Source of the DNA: Promethearchaeota archaeon | Lineage (GTDB): Archaea > Asgardarchaeota > Lokiarchaeia > Sigyniarchaeales > SOKP01 | Length of the DNA stretch: 18,078 bases | Direction of reading: 5' to 3' | NCBI GenBank assembly: GCA_016839705.1 | Contig: JAEOTR010000070.1 | Location: 1-18,078, forward strand | Part shown: one piece after another, positions 16,837 through 18,078 of the stretch | Layout: each line of letters opens with the position of its first letter | Position numbering within the stretch: position 1 is the first letter of the stretch | Translations under genes and position numbers: made by a program | The notes under the pieces: model-generated | What the model was told of the DNA's origin: nothing | Databases searched by the model: none | Seen by the model: only the letters and a program-made list of their open reading frames with translations

Positions 16837-17811
16837 TTGGAGAAGAATCTAAAACAATCAATCTTGTATTTGAAAAAAGAAGAGCAAGAACCTGTAGAAA
16901 TACAAAATAAGATTTTATTCACAGGACTCGACGACGCAGGTAAAACTAGTATAATTTTATCTCTTCAAAGAGAGTTCTCTAAAATTGCTGTATTATCTCC
17001 CACGAGGGGTGCACAAAGAAGGATATTCGATTTTCTGGGAAAGGAAATAAGTGAATGGGATCTAGGGGGGCAGACAGCTTATAGAATCTCTTATTTAAAA
17101 AATCCAGGTAAATACTTCGATGGAACTGAAATTGCAATCTATGTAATTGATATTCAGAATAAACCAAGAATACCTGAAGCAATAAGTTATTTTAAAGATG
17201 TTATTGAGCAATTTAAAAAATTGGAAATCGAGCCTCCAGTCTATGTATTCCTTCATAAGTATGATCCTGCTTTGAGAAGGTCTGCTTTAAATGAAATGGA
17301 AAATCTTATAGTAGATTTAAAGGAACAAGTTAGAAAGGCTACAGATTATAAAAAGATATTTTTTTATAATACTTCCATATATGACTTTTCATCAATCATA
17401 TCGGCTATGTCAGAAATTCTTCTGAGTTTATATCCCAAATCTGAGTTAATCGAAAAAACTATTGTAGAATTTGCAAAAAAAATAGGCTCCGGCGGTGTTG
17501 TAGTTATTGACGATAATTCACTTATAATAGGTTCATATTATAAAGATGATGAAACACAGCATCTCCTCACTGCTAGTACTCCATATTTCCTTACTCTCTC
17601 AGATAGTCTACAATACACTGGAGTACAAGAGAATAGATTTGAAGAAAGAATGATTGTGCAGAGATTTGGAAAAAACTTCATATTTAAAGAGATTACGTTA
17701 AAAAAAAGTAAAACCCCATATTATCTACTTTTACTTAAAGATGACCCTGTCTTTCATAAGGAAGACTTCCAAACATTCGCGGAAATTTTGAAAGAAATTC
17801 TGTTTAAATAA
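16837..17811 (+). CDS. Rag/Gtr-like small GTPase with a C-terminal roadblock-like domain
   Basis: G1 GLDDAGKTS, G2 SPT, G3 WDLGGQ, G4 HKYD, G5 NTSIYD; HKxD and TSI(Y/W)D are Rag/Gtr hallmarks. C-terminal VVVIDDNSLIIGSY. TTG start preceded by AGGTGA. Confidence 0.88.
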   Translation: MEKNLKQSILYLKKEEQEPVEIQNKILFTGLDDAGKTSIILSLQREFSKIAVLSPTRGAQRRIFDFLGKEISEWDLGGQTAYRISYLKNPGKYFDGTEIAIYVIDIQNKPRIPEAISYFKDVIEQFKKLEIEPPVYVFLHKYDPALRRSALNEMENLIVDLKEQVRKATDYKKIFFYNTSIYDFSSIISAMSEILLSLYPKSELIEKTIVEFAKKIGSGGVVVIDDNSLIIGSYYKDDETQHLLTASTPYFLTLSDSLQYTGVQENRFEERMIVQRFGKNFIFKEITLKKSKTPYYLLLLKDDPVFHKEDFQTFAEILKEILFK

Positions 17812-17887
17812 TAACTATATTTAAAATTAGCTGGAATAGGGAACGGTGTAACAAACCCAAAACCATTAATTATTATAGATTAAAAAA

Positions 17888-18010
17888 ATGGATTTAAATG
17901 AATGGGCTTATGAACAATTAGAAATTATAATTAAGAAATTAGAAGGTACAGAATTTAATAACTCAGTCTTAAATTATACAGAATATATAATAAATAAAAA
18001 GGAAAATTAA
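17888..18010 (+). CDS. Possible 40-aa small protein or gene remnant (MDLNEWAYEQLEIIIKKLEGTEFNNSVLNYTEYIINKKEN)
   Basis: Translated by hand. It fills the gap between co-oriented genes and looks like an amphipathic helix. No recognisable motif. Confidence 0.3.
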   Translation: MDLNEWAYEQLEIIIKKLEGTEFNNSVLNYTEYIINKKEN

Positions 18011-18035
18011 TTAATGTTTATCAGGTGTAAATAGT

Positions 18036-18078
18036 ATGGCTATAACAGAAGATAAAATGATTGGTTATTGCGGTTATA
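18036..18078 (+). CDS. 5' fragment of a probable DUF3795-like Cys-rich protein, truncated by the window edge
   Basis: MAITEDKMIGYCGY... preceded by AGGTG. The 'IGYCG' start is typical of DUF3795 proteins, but only 14 codons are visible. Confidence 0.45.
   Translation, partial: MAITEDKMIGYCGY

Noticed and set aside
16979-17182. 67-aa minus strand ORF
   Set aside because: Antisense to the Rag-like GTPase.
1-18078. CRISPR array, IS element, rRNA
   Set aside because: No regularly spaced repeats, transposase ORF, terminal inverted repeats or long GC-rich structural RNA seen.

Overview
An AT-rich (about 30% GC by eye), gene-dense archaeal window, most likely from an Asgard archaeon (Lokiarchaeia-like). 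The assignment is inferred from TBP, UPF0147, an archaeosortase, MtrH, an archaeal-type tRNA-Pro and three eukaryote-like small GTPases with longin/uDENN and roadblock-like fusions. The left half (minus strand) holds a longin/uDENN-Rab-like GTPase, a 7TM protein, tRNA-Pro(CGG), UPF0147, an extended PEP synthase, a macrodomain protein, a YkgJ Cys-cluster protein, a divergent TBP and a GC-rich remnant that looks like an internally deleted radical SAM gene. The right half holds a 2TM protein plus archaeosortase, a stand-alone MtrH and a longin-Rag-like-roadblock GTPase. Divergent from that GTPase is a co-oriented run of an AIR-synthase-like ATPase, an ACT protein, homoserine dehydrogenase, a LOG-like protein, threonine synthase and a second Rag-like GTPase-roadblock gene. 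Best candidate system (inference): parts resembling the eukaryotic Rag/FLCN-FNIP/GATOR1 amino-acid-sensing module. One longin carries an FLCN-like DSxxRG arginine-finger motif and the other lacks it, and the two Rag-like GTPases bracket a threonine biosynthesis cluster that has no thrB. Other oddities are A37 in tRNA-Pro and a winged-helix-like tail on the archaeosortase. All family calls come from motif recognition by eye, with no database search.
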